DNA of 62,992 nt, the filler included, from Octopus bimaculoides (Eukaryota), in the NCBI RefSeq assembly GCF_001194135.2. It is 3 parts of 3 records of this genome, joined end to end, with 100 filler letters (N's around TTAATTAATTAA, not from the genome) between each part and the next. Parts side by side here need not be neighbours in the genome. Positions count along the whole stretch, not along the records: positions 41,528 to 62,992 come from NC_068998.1; 2 more parts are not named here. One strand, written 5' to 3'. The notes beneath the pieces were generated by a model that worked only from the letters and a program-made list of their open reading frames with translations, had not been told where the DNA came from and did not search any database. The position numbers and the translations under genes were made by a program. How positions within the stretch are numbered: the first letter of the stretch is position 1; every line of letters starts with the position of its first letter. This document shows positions 52,567-62,992 of the stretch, one piece after another.

Positions 52567-54965
52567 TGACATGGCTTTTTCATTTAAGAGATTTCCCGGT
52601 GTTTGTAAATATGTAGTTGAGTTGGTGTGCTGGTTGAGCTCTCAATGTACACAATTGAGTGTATGCATCTATTCACCTAAGGAATCTCAGATGGAAAATT
52701 TGGGGAATGTCTTACAAATCTTCACTGTGCCACTAATAGATTGACTTTGGAGAAGCTATGTCACTTTTGCTCTTTCTTTGAAAAACCTAATATTTCCAGA
52801 AATGTTTCTATAAATTTGTCAGTGTGTAACCTAATGCACCTATGATGATTGGTGCAAATGAGAATTTATTGTGAAGGTACAAGAGCTGTACATTCCGTAT
52901 TAATTCAAAATAAATCTTATTCTCCTAGACTTTTGATTGCACATTCACATCTGCTGGGCAGCTGACCTCTACAAAAATCCACGATTTTTGTTCCCTGTCA
53001 CACAGAACAATATCAGTTCTGTTAGTTTACACCAAATTGTTGTTTTTATTGGAGTGTTCCACTAGTATTATTTGTTTATTACTTGTTTATAAAGGTGTGA
53101 ATGCATACTGGTTCTGATATGCTTTTGATGTACAATTCAGATAGATTTACAATGCTATCTTGCAGGTAGCATTGTAAATAGTCTTTACAGCTATGTCATA
53201 TCTAAGGAGCAGGCAGTATCTCATAGACATTTTGGATCTGCTGCTAATGACGTGGGTGATATCTTCCACACTGGAGTAACAGAACCAACAAATTTTAATA
53301 CTAGGTTGTGTGCTCTCTTTGTTTCTCTTGTTAATCCTTTATGTAGTATATATCATTTGTTCCTGGATAGCAAAAGCATATCTTTCTAGGTAGGATGTAA
53401 TGTAATCTGTCACAGGTCCAGGAAAGGCTGTTCTTTCTGCCAAACCTGTTGTCTTATAGCTTATGGCATATACATCAATGCATTGCTTTTTGCTGCTATG
53501 ATGCCTGCTTCTCCTCCAAGCTTCTGTTTAGGTAGGCCAGTCCAGCCTCATTTGGGTCACATGAGACAGTAGTATTCTCAAAGAACCTGCACAGTAGTTC
53601 TTCTCCAGCTCTGGGCATGTATGGTGTGTACTCATTTCTTTCTTTACTGTTGAGCAGATGTCTGAGTGATACAATGAAACATTCAAAAACTGTTGGGACT
53701 GACTGTATGCCTCTACCAGCATCATTTCACCTCACATAGATGCTATCACCCTGGAATAAGCCTGTTGATAGCTTAATTCTGTTTGTAACAACAGGTGTTG
53801 TTTTAATAATTGTCAGTGATAACTGTGTGGACCATGTTGTGGTCAGTATTTCAATTGTATTCACTATAGCAGCTAGTACTTTGGTAAGGTATGATGATTT
53901 TATCATCCATGAGTGTGTCACAGAGTTAAATGCCTTCTTGTAGTCTAGCCGTAATGCTAACAGATTGCAGCGATGTTGCTTTGCCTCCTTAAGGACAGCT
54001 TTGTTGAGGAGAAGCTGTTCAGCACAGCCCCAGACCCTTTTCTTTCCCCTGCCTATTCATCAGTTACCACACCATTTGTTTAGCAGTGGTCTTGACGAAA
54101 CATATTTAGACAGCCTGTGTATAGTTTGTACATAACATTTAAGCATGTTATGGGTCTATAGATTGTGGTCCATAGTTCTAGGGAATGAGTAGTTTTTGCA
54201 ACCATCAGCCAATCTGTTATATCTAGCTCATTAGTTATTGTATTTTGCTTTTTAATTGGTTCATGAGTTTCTCTGTAGAACGTGAGCTTTTTGTACCAGT
54301 AGCCTAGTATCAGGTCTCTCCCAAGTGATTTTCCATTCAACAGTTTCATAATAACCATCAGGAATGTTTCACTGGTGAAATCATATGTTTTGGAGAGACA
54401 TTTACACAATATTCACTTTGTAGTTGTTTAACCATGCTGCATAGTAAATGTATTCTTTGTTTACATTCCAAATTCCCTGCCAGAGTGATTTATGGTCTTC
54501 CTGGGGAGGAACATTTACTGCCTTGATGGTATCACCTTTCATATTGCAATATACAGCTTGCAGGTTTGGGATAAACTTTTGGCTTATTATTCTTTGTTGG
54601 TTTTTTTTTTTTTTTTTTTACAATAATGAAGTTTTCCACGTAGAGCTCATAAATCACATTTGCAATCATATCTGGTGATTCAAGAACTCCATGTTAGGTT
54701 TGCATTTAATGATTGTGTCCCACTGTCCTATTTTTTCTGAGTCCATTGATGTTGTTTTGAAGGGAGTTAATACATTTTAGTTCAGTATTATCCTGTGGAT
54801 TGGTCACTTTTACTTCAATCTGTTGGTGTAAATTTAAATGGCACAATACAGCAGGACGTTCAATTGCCCAAAACCTGGGAGTTTGGATGTAAGCCTCTTG
54901 ATCTCTCACAATTTCATTGATAAGTCAGTGCAGTTTTTGTTTTCAACTCATGTCAGTATTGTTCT
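52567..54965 (-). mobile_element. R4/Dong-like LINE, long degenerate copy of the same family as 3471-5276
   Basis: NGKSLGRDLILGYWYKKL, YRPITCLNVMYK, GCAEQLLLNK, LDYKKAFNSVTHSW, GLFQGDS, YLERYAFAIQEQ, VEVSCPADVN and PIIIGALGY. Internal deletions and stops. Confidence 0.9.
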
Positions 54966-54974
54966 CTCATACAG

Positions 54975-55410
54975 TGCTTCATCATCATCATCGTTTAACG
55001 TCCGCTTTCCATGCTAGCATGGGTTGGACGATTTGACTGAGGACTGGTGAAACCGGATGGCAACACCAGGCTCCAATCTAATTTGGCAGAGTTTCTACAG
55101 CTGGATGCCCTTCCTAACGCCAACCACTCAGAGTGTAGTGGGTGCTTTTACGTGTCACCCGCACAAAAACGGCCACGCTCAAAATGGTGTCTTTTATGTG
55201 CCACCCACACAAGAGCCAGTCCAGGGGCACTGGCAACGATCTCGCTCGAAAATCCTACAAGGCCAGTCAGGCGGTACTGGCAATGGTCACGCTCAGGATG
55301 GTACATCTTATGTGCCACCCGCACAAGAGCCAGTCCAGGGGCCCTGGCAACGATCTCACTTGGCTTGCCGGGTCTTCTCACGCACAGCACATTTCCAAAG
55401 GTCTCGGTCA
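54975..55410. mobile_element. Dispersed RTE-tail-like repeat with an internal ~110-bp duplication
   Basis: (CAT)n end, then ttccatgctagcatgggttggacg...ggatgcccttcctaacgccaacc. The segment tatgtgccaccc.cacaagagccagtccagggg..ctggcaacgatctc occurs twice. Confidence 0.7.
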
Positions 55411-55754
55411 ATAAATAGTAAAGTACTGCATGAGCTTCAATGTAAGCTGTGATTTTAGAGTTTAATATTCCTCATTTGTTTTCAAGGAAACATAAGTGGT
55501 TTCCACATTTCCATTAGTGGTGGTGGTTTGTTATTGTTGTTTGTGTTGGTCATGTTTCCTGTCATTCACAGTCGTTTCACATCAAAGAAGTTTACTGTGT
55601 TAATACAAGTATTATCGCTTGTGCATTTTGGCAGAGTGATTTTGTTTGGTTGGGTTGCATATTTCTTTTCAATAAATGTAGCTTGCTGGTGTAATTGTTT
55701 TTCTGAAAAATTTAAGAATGTTGGGAATTTCTTACCCTAATATTCCTTGTCTTT

Positions 55755-56390
55755 AAGGTGGTGAGCTGGCAGAAACATTAGCATGCCATTAAGGTGGTGA
55801 GCTGGCAGAAACGGTAGCATGCCAAGCGAAATGCTTAATGGTATTTCGTCTGCCATTACGTTCTGAGTTCAAATTCCGCCGAGGGCGATAAATTAAGCAC
55901 CAGTTACATACTGTGGTCGATATAATCGACTTAATCCCTTTGTCTGTCCTTGTTTGTCCCCTCTGTTTAGCCCCTTGTGGGCAATAACGAAATAAGAAAC
56001 ATTAGCATGCCAGGCGAAATGCTTAGCAGTAATTCATCTGTCTTTCCGTTCTGAGTTCAAATTCCACCAAGGTTGATTTTACCTTTCATCCATTCTGAGT
56101 CAATAAATTAAGTACCAGTTGCATACTAGTGTCGATCTAATCAACTGGCCCCCCTCCCCAAAAATTTCAGGCCTTGTGCCAAGAGTAGAAAAGAATATTT
56201 GAGGTAGTGAATAGATAGAATTGTTACCAGTCTGGGAAAAATACATACTGATATTTCATCCATCTTTACGTTCTAAGTTCAAATTCCGTCGAGGTTGACT
56301 TCACCTTTCATCCTTTTCAGGGTCAATTTAATAAGTACCCTCTCCTCTGAACTTGCTGGCCTTGTGCCAAAATTGGAAACCAATATTCTT
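55755..56390 (+). mobile_element. Nested/tandem SINE family 2 cluster; inner copy 55789-55994 has an 18-bp TSD
   Basis: AGAAACATTAGCATGCCA at 55771-55788 and 55995-56012. Confidence 0.9.
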
Positions 56391-59300
56391 TAAGTCTCTT
56401 CATGAAGCCTATCAAGAGACCTTCCCTAACCTTTTTGCAGAATTGTTATAGGACTTGGTTCAGTTCAAAAGTCCTCTGTAATTTTTCTCAATGGTTCTGC
56501 AATCTGCAATAGTTGATTCTCGGTCCTTTTGTTGCATTGGTGTATGTGTAGTAATTTTTCACGTGGTATGTATTTCACTTTTTGACTACAATATTTCCAA
56601 AAAAAAAGTTTAATTCTTTGCATTTACTTAAAGATTATTTTTTTTTTCCAGGCTTGTATAAATGACACAGTTTATCAGGGATAGTATTTATCATCAAAGA
56701 GAATAAATAGTCCTCTATGCCAAAGTGCCTGCATGTGATGCCATGATGAATGTATGTATGTGTATATGTTTGGGGGAGCAGGGGGTGAATTACTGTTTTG
56801 AATCTGATAAAACTCAGATGTAGCTTAAAGACTCACTTTATTAAGGGCATAGAAAAAGGCATGGGCCAATTTGCATATATAATACATGCTCAGCAGTTAT
56901 TGTGATGAATAAATTACTGATACCTTAACAGTGTTTTGTGTCAATGCTACACTGCATTACTGCATTGCAGAATGAGTGTATATGTGTGTGTAGTGTGTGG
57001 GTGTGTACATCTTATATACAAGACCAGCCCATGCACTCATGGAAATGTGGGCATAAAAAGTAATGAAGGTAATGATGACAACACACATGTGGATGTGGAA
57101 TATTATAGGCTGTTCTTAGTTAATGCCGCATGCTTATTGCCATTTCACTGTTTGCAGTTCTTCACTTTTATGACTGTAGTTTAATGCTTTTACCATTCAC
57201 TAAAATCATGATTTTTTTTTTTATGCACTGATTGTTATAGTTTGTAAAATTGTGATGTAAACCAACTAATAAAATAATACTTTACTGACAACAAGGTGAA
57301 ATAATAGCATAAAAATTGACAGTTAAATTGTAATAGGTGATCATTAATCATACAACTGGTATTTCATATCTAGGTTATGGTATTGATCAATAATACAAGG
57401 TCAAAAATAGTTTCATTAATAAGATAACCCCTCTTACCGCTATAATCACATTTCCCAACACCCCACTGCTTTTCTGAGCCCCCCACCACCTTAATTTTTA
57501 TAATTATATGAATAATTTCACATACTCATAGAACATGAATGTCATAGTAAAACTATGCCACAATGTCTTGCTCCTATTATCACAAAAATAAAATAAAAAT
57601 TATTTCAAAACAATATCAATAATAAACAATTTTTTTTTCTTCTCCCCTTTTATCAAATATTGATTATATCAAATATTTGATCCATATTTTATATCTTCAT
57701 ATTACATTGATGTACATAAATGAACAAAAAAAAAATTACCATCCATATGTTTTCTTTTCTCATATTTAGAAAGTCAAATTCAGTTATTTAACCGTTACAA
57801 TGTCATAAAAATATGTGTGGAAGATCAAAGAGATATAATTAACTTCATTTCAGGTGGTATTTCAGATACAAAATATTATTCATTTTATGAGAGACAGACA
57901 GGATATCTGCTTTGTCACAGAAGACTAATTAAAGAAAACAAATATTCTGAACTGGAAATGTCAGAATAAAAATGGTATAGAAAAATAAAACAACAGGAAC
58001 ACAGTGTGAAAATTATTAACCTCTTTGCAGCTGCAGTCTGTTGCTATCAGCATTGTAAATTGTTGTTATAAGCAGCTATAGCCAGGATATATGGTTTTGT
58101 ATATAACATATGAAGACTAATGTTGTGGTTAATTGCATCTGTTTATTCAATGCAGCATTTCATATCAGAACAGAAAAGAACATCTGTAGTTCTGGTCAAA
58201 TGCTCTTGTGTAATCAGAACAAAGAAAATATTGAATATAATGCATAGACATTAATGTTTGGTGGTGCTCTTTCTTGTGCTTAATTTCTTATGATAACATT
58301 TTGCATTATATCCATACATTACTTTGTCTGGTGTTGTTTTACTGTGTTATATTTTTTATCTCTTTTAGAGCAATTTTAGTGGAAAAAGTGAAAATTTCTC
58401 TTTTTTGTATTTTGTTGAGTGGTGGAGCAAGGTGATAAAAGCTGAATACTTCTCTGAAATGGCAAGTTAAATGAGTCAAGTATGAACATTATTGAGAAGT
58501 AATTATGTCATCCTTGGTTGCTTTTTATTGTTTGTTTGTTTTTTGTTTTTTTCTTTTTTGTGGCTTTTCTTTTTTGTCATGGCAAAATGATTAATGACCA
58601 AGGAAACATATCAATACGAGATTACATACCAGACAAATGTATGTATTTTATGTTATGTTATCAACTCTGAATGATGGAGCATTATGATATAACATCATCG
58701 TCATCAGAAAAACTATACGTTAATGACCAGCTGAAAAGTGTTCAAACTTTTTCATTGCCCACCGTTTGAGGGAGTTGATTAGGAAATAATAGAAGAGGAA
58801 TCTAAGCACTAAAGGGCAATTTCTCTCAAAGGGACAAATACAAGGACCCATGCAAGCAAATATTAGTTAACTGTTCTGTCTACAATCTTTCCTAATGAGT
58901 AAACAAAATAGCTGCAACCAAAGTATTTTTTTCATTTGCCACAAGATTGTATAACTTTAAAATAATTAAAAACACTTTTATTTAGTTCTCCCTTTTGCAA
59001 TTCTCACAACACTTTTATATGAGAAAGACTACTCTAAAGCAAACTGTTTAAAATTTTACAACTTCACTTGTCAATTCCCTTTGTAAATTTTACTATTTTT
59101 ATAACTATAAATCTGCTATTTTAGTTTCATATTTTTGATTAACAGTCATGAAGGTTTGGTGCTAATTTTGTCAGTACTATAAAATCGGTATTGATATAGT
59201 AAGAAATTCTTTTTAAGTTTTACCACATTCTGGTGAATATTTTATCAAAGTCACGAATTTGTAATTGTTTGTTAACATTTGTAAATCTAACTTTATGGTA

Positions 59301-59762
59301 AGAGCTATTGTTACAAACATACATCTAGCTTTACACTTTTAGCACACTATTGTTTAATCACACTACACTCTGGAAATGAAAGTGTGTGAATATATAACTC
59401 TGTGTGGGCGGGGTTGTGTGTTTGTGTTCATGTGTATGTGTGTCTCTGTCTGTGCATATGTATGTTTTTATTGTTTTCATATTTTTACTTTTTATTTGTT
59501 TCTGTCATTGGACTGCAATCATACTAAGGCACCAGCTTGGAAGGTTTTATTTCAATAAATTGTCCCCAGTAATTATTATTTTTTTTTAGTCTTATACTTA
59601 TGTAAGCAGTTTATTTTGCCAAACCACTCGGTTATCAAGATGTGCACAAACCAGCATACTGGTTGTCAAGCAGTGAAGGGTACTAGCAGTTCACAAAGCC
59701 AGACACACACACACACAACCATATATATATATATAACATCATCAATGTGTGTATATATATAT

Positions 59763-59800
<38 letters not shown>

Positions 59801-59810
59801 NNNNNNNNNN

Positions 59811-59864
<54 letters not shown>

Positions 59865-60272
59865 TGCAGGGCAGGGAATCGTCAATTAGTAATAAAATTA
59901 ATAAACAATTTTGCCGGGTAGCTCAGTATGTTGGAGAAGCAGGTTACTGTCAATCCCTATATATTTATGATTATATATATATATATATATATATTGATGA
60001 GGATATAAGACTTCATAAGCTTTCAAGACAAGGTGAAATAATTCATTTTTGGAATTGGTTTTTAAAGCACATAAATGCTATAAATAATACCATGTAAATA
60101 TCGGGGTGAAGAACACTTTGGAAAGAAACAGTCAAAAGTTGTTTTTGTCTTTTTCTATCCAAAAGGGGTTTCCAAACCAATATTTTCTTCCTGTTATTTA
60201 GAGCAATTATGGGCTTTGAGAAATAATTCTAAAAAGAAATATGATCATCATCATCATCAATTAACATCTGTT

Positions 60273-60508
60273 TTCTTATTTCTTTATTGTCCACAAGGGG
60301 CTAAACATATAGGGTACAAACAAGGACAGACAAAGGGATTAAGTCGATTACATCGATCCCAGTGCATAACTGGTACTTAATTTATCGACCCCAAAAGGAT
60401 GAAAAGCAAAGTTGACCTCGGCGGATTTTGAACTCAGAACATAACGACAGACGTAATACCGCTAAGCATTTCGCCTGGCATGCAAACGTTTCTGCCAGCT
60501 CGCCACCT
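60273..60508 (-). mobile_element. Full-length SINE family 2 with a 12-bp TSD
   Basis: TTAACATCTGTT at 60261-60272 and 60509-60520. Head AGGTGGCGAGCTGGCAGAAAC. Confidence 0.9.
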
Positions 60509-60519
60509 TTAACATCTGT

Positions 60520-61290
60520 TGACATCTCTATTAACATATGTTTTCTATGCTGGCATGAGTAGGGCAGTTTGACCAGAGCTGGCAAGCAGGTTTGCTGCAC
60601 CAGGTTCATTTGATTTGGCTTGGTTTCTATGGATGGATGCCCTTCTTAATGCCAGCCACTTTACAAAGTGTGTTGGATGCTTTTTATGTGGTATAAGCAC
60701 AGGTGTTTTTACATGGCACCAACATAGGCCAATCCTCTTCAGCAGGAGGAACAGCATAACAATTCTGTTGTGGAGGACGGGTCTTCGTGAGAACAGCAAG
60801 GCACCATATATCTCATTCTCAATCATATAAATAGACCATCATCATCATCATTTAACATTTTCCTTCCATGCTGGTATAGGTTGAACAGTTTGACAGGGGC
60901 TAGCCAGGCAGAAGACTGCACTAAACTTCTGTGTCTGCTTTGGCATGGTTTTTATGACTGGATGCCCTTCCTAACACCAACCATCCTGCAGAATGGACTG
61001 AATGCTTTTTAAGTGGCAGGACCACAAGCAAGGTCCGTTTTGGCATGGTTCTTTCAGTTGGGTGCCCTTCCAAACACCAATCACTTTACAGTGTGGACTC
61101 GACGCACCTTACGTGGCACCAGCACTGGCGGGGTTAACCAAGCACTTGCAAGACAAAGAACCTTTGAGAGGGGAGGGTCATTGAGGGAGATGGCCTTGTG
61201 CCAGACGATGAAAAGATAGGGCATGACAGAGGCTGAAACAGGATTGTCGCTGTAGAGGAGGTACATGGCTACCTGGCCAGGTGTAAAAAA
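60520..61290. mobile_element. Two or more copies of the RTE-tail-like dispersed repeat
   Basis: catgctggcat...gtttgac...ggatgcccttc motifs at about 60545, 60865 and 61040. Confidence 0.6.
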
Positions 61291-61306
61291 ACGCACGCAC
61301 GCACGC

Positions 61307-61777
61307 TATTTTGCTTAAAAGAGTTCCAACACTGTCTGTTTTTTATGTTTTATTTATATTCCTACAGCACTAATGTGGGGTATAGAATATGGAATATATG
61401 ATATAAAATAAAATAAAAATGGATGGCACCATGAAAGAAAGTATTGAGTGTAGATGAAATATTGAGTGTTCAATATAAAGTATCAAATATATAAATATAT
61501 ATATATATATAAAGGCGACTCGAGTTTCAGGGCTATTTCCCTTCGTCATGGCCGGTATGACAGACTGTAATAAGTTGGCTGGTTTTCTGTCTTTTATACC
61601 AATTCCTTTGGACGGCAGCAGTAGGTGTTTGGCTATTTTTAGAATTGATGTTAAATTTATTTTTAGAAATGATATTTTAATTTCTTGTTTTGTGTGGGTT
61701 GTTGGGATAAGATTTTTAAACCCCAGTAGGTGTTTGTCGATTGCTTCATAAGAACAGCCAGTCTTATTGAAGAAGAA
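61307..61777 (-). mobile_element. Inverted terminal-repeat (pLTR-like) segment upstream of the Penelope-like ORF
   Basis: Near-identical to 36440-36705 in the opposite orientation, and it contains the hammerhead-like fold. Separated from the ORF by a gap. Confidence 0.7.
61508..61558 (-). ncRNA. Candidate minimal type-I hammerhead ribozyme with variant core
   Basis: AUACCGGC-CAUGACGA-AGGG(AAAUAG)CCCU-GAAAC(UCGA)GUC-GCCUUUAU. Stems I, II and III can all pair, and a GUC cleavage triplet is present. The core has an extra A relative to CUGANGA. Confidence 0.6.
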
Positions 61778-62294
61778 NNNNNNNNNNNNNNNNNNNNNNN
61801 NNNNNNNNNNNNNNNNNNNNNNNNNNNNNNNNNNNNNNNNNNNNNNNNNNNNNNNNNNNNNNNNNNNNNNNNNNNNNNNNNNNNNNNNNNNNNNNNNNNN
61901 NNNNNNNNNNNNNNNNNNNNNNNNNNNNNNNNNNNNNNNNNNNNNNNNNNNNNNNNNNNNNNNNNNNNNNNNNNNNNNNNNNNNNNNNNNNNNNNNNNNN
62001 NNNNNNNNNNNNNNNNNNNNNNNNNNNNNNNNNNNNNNNNNNNNNNNNNNNNNNNNNNNNNNNNNNNNNNNNNNNNNNNNNNNNNNNNNNNNNNNNNNNN
62101 NNNNNNNNNNNNNNNNNNNNNNNNNNNNNNNNNNNNNNNNNNNNNNNNNNNNNNNNNNNNNNNNNNNNNNNNNNNNNNNNNNNNNNNNNNNNNNNNNNNN
62201 NNNNNNNNNNNNNNNNNNNNNNNNNNNNNNNNNNNNNNNNNNNNNNNNNNNNNNNNNNNNNNNNNNNNNNNNNNNNNNNNNNNNNNNNNNNNNN

Positions 62295-62992
62295 GACCCT
62301 AAGATAATTAATCTTTCCAGAAGAGATCTTGACAATGATGAAACCCAACTTCTGTTAAAAGGCCTGAAATTTACACCTACACCAACAGTCAACCACCATG
62401 AACTAAAGGAAGATATCCAGAAATTCTGTCGCAAATTACGACTTGTCGAATTCTTCACCACCAATATTAATAATAAAAATAATAATGAAACCGAAGATTC
62501 TTTAGTGAGGAATAAATCAAATTTCACCCCACCAAAAGGCAGAAATATCTACCTGGACCAATATATTGACACCCTATCAAACTTCCCCCTAAAACAAAAT
62601 ACCAAAATTAGGCCGAACATTAACAAATCAGAGATATCTGCACTTAAACGCATACAGAACGATGAAACAATAATAATTAAACAAGCAGACAAAGGGGGTG
62701 CAATCGTCATCATGGATGTGGAATACTACAAGGATTTAGTTGAGGAACAACTAAATGACACAACCTTCTATTGTGAAATACCCTCGAACATAGACCACCA
62801 CATCACGAAGAAGATCAACCACTTAGTTTCTAAACACTACAACTCACTCACTGACAATGAAAGAGACTACATCACCAACTTCGAACCAAAACCCAGTAAC
62901 TTTTACGGCTTACCCAAAATACATAAGTCAGAAGATATTCAACAGGGAGTAAAGGAACAAGGAAGTGAATACATAAAAGTGCTACATCCAAA
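62295..62992 (+). CDS. Penelope-like retroelement polyprotein, N-terminal/early RT region (Neptune-like); open at both ends
   Basis: My translation gives 232 codons with no stop: IINLSRRDL..LLLKGLKFTPTP, IIIKQADKGGAIVIMD and NFYGLPKIHK, all PLE hallmarks. It starts at a gap edge and runs off the window. Confidence 0.9.

Noticed and set aside
56741-56808. C/D-box snoRNA-like ATGATGA...CTGA
   Set aside because: There is no terminal stem and the interior is low-complexity, with no recognisable guide. Expected by chance.
14090-62527. Long ORFs in the track (poly-X, YIYI, CVCV, MYVC, poly-N/K/S)
   Set aside because: They arise from N gaps and microsatellites and have no protein signal.

Overview
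An AT-rich, repeat-saturated eukaryotic window with about 18 N-gaps and dense microsatellites. It looks intergenic or intronic. The SINE families and repeat landscape suggest a cephalopod (Octopus-like) genome, but this is inferred from pattern recognition only. No host protein-coding gene can be supported, and most ORFs in the track are microsatellite or gap artefacts. Real coding signal comes only from transposable elements: several R4/Dong-type (RLE) non-LTR retrotransposon fragments, a CR1-group relic, RTE fragments, a full-length but dead mariner with intact TIRs and a SINE inserted in it, a hAT MITE with a perfect 8-bp TSD, a Mag-like Ty3/Gypsy 5' half, Penelope-like (PLE) relics, and many tRNA-type SINEs. 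The best lead is at the right end. There, a stop-free Penelope-like RT reading frame (62295-62992, missing from the ORF track because its start lies in a gap) is preceded by an inverted terminal-repeat segment carrying a minimal type-I hammerhead-ribozyme fold with a non-canonical core (CAUGACGA). A second copy at 36.4 kb carries an inverted copy of its own 3' tail. A second, different hammerhead-like variant family occurs at 28.1 and 35.7 kb.
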